DNA from: Snowella sp.
GTDB lineage: Bacteria; Cyanobacteriota; Cyanobacteriia; Cyanobacteriales; Microcystaceae
NCBI GenBank assembly: GCA_035285545.1
Contig: JAYKGY010000123.1
Span: forward strand, 1 to 51,307
DNA length: 51,307 nucleotides
Direction: 5' to 3'
The translations under genes were made by a program, and so were the position numbers. Position 1 is the stretch's first letter; every line of letters starts with the position of its first letter. Below are positions 50,934-51,307 of the stretch, in pieces. The notes under the pieces are model-generated. The model was not told the origin of the DNA and made no database searches. It saw only the letters and a list, made by a program, of their open reading frames with translations.

Positions 50934-51184
50934 GATTTTACACTCTAAAAGTTTATACAGGGAAAAGAGCTTAAATTGACGACACTTCAGCCTCAAGGCA
51001 GGACTTTTGGTTGACCTTAAATTGCCCAAAAGAAGTTCAAATCAATGTTTTTTTAGGAAAATTATTGCTAATTATATCCATAGTAAACTCTGAATATACT
51101 TCTTCGATTAGTTTAACCTTTTGATGTCGATTATTTCTTATCATTTTACGATAAATTCATTGTCAAAAAATAACAACCTCCTAA

Positions 51185-51307
51185 GAGCCTATCCGAAAAG
51201 TCAATAGGAACGAAATTGGTACATTTTAGCGAACGCTAACTTCACTAGCTAGGTGGACGGTTATTTCCCTAGCAAATGCTCGGATAACTATCTCTCAAAT
51301 GAGTCCT
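51185..51307. mobile_element. Terminal fragment of the same IS-like element, inverted relative to the left end
   Basis: GAGCCTATCCGAAAAGTC... preceded by TAA. 51184-51305 is the reverse complement of 1-122. Confidence 0.6.

Noticed and set aside
50975..51030. Possible IS200/IS605-type end or RNA hairpin upstream of the hypothetical/HEPN pair
   Set aside because: Only a vague resemblance, with no convincing stem and no tnpA/tnpB nearby.

Overview
A 51.3-kb chromosomal segment of a unicellular cyanobacterium. Evidence for this is apcD, ntcB, the Yfr1 sRNA and frequent HIP1 (GCGATCGC) sites; the era/pilL-C/alpha-mannosidase gene order resembles Synechocystis, but taxonomy is inference only. Both window ends carry the same 122-bp IS-like terminus in inverted orientation, which suggests a contig broken at a repeated element. 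Most of the window is housekeeping: argJ, hisIE, trxA, pcrA, era, ntcB, murD, urtDE, hisS, apcD, metK and speA. The standout is a ~3.4-kb cassette-like array (18411-21853) between a DUF4079 gene and murD. It contains four intact and one truncated paralog of a small coiled-coil, C-terminally membrane-anchored protein, each with its own conserved promoter/RBS leader and separated by HIP1 sites. It also has three copies of a ~100-bp non-coding repeat (GTAG-REP-like hairpin ending exactly at a HIP1 site), an inverted hicBA toxin-antitoxin module and a Zn-ribbon/PD-(D/E)xK nuclease gene. Other accessory regions are a HIP1-free surface-glycosylation trio and a coupled hypothetical/HEPN-like gene pair next to the right IS end. 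All family assignments come from motif recognition by eye, not database searches.
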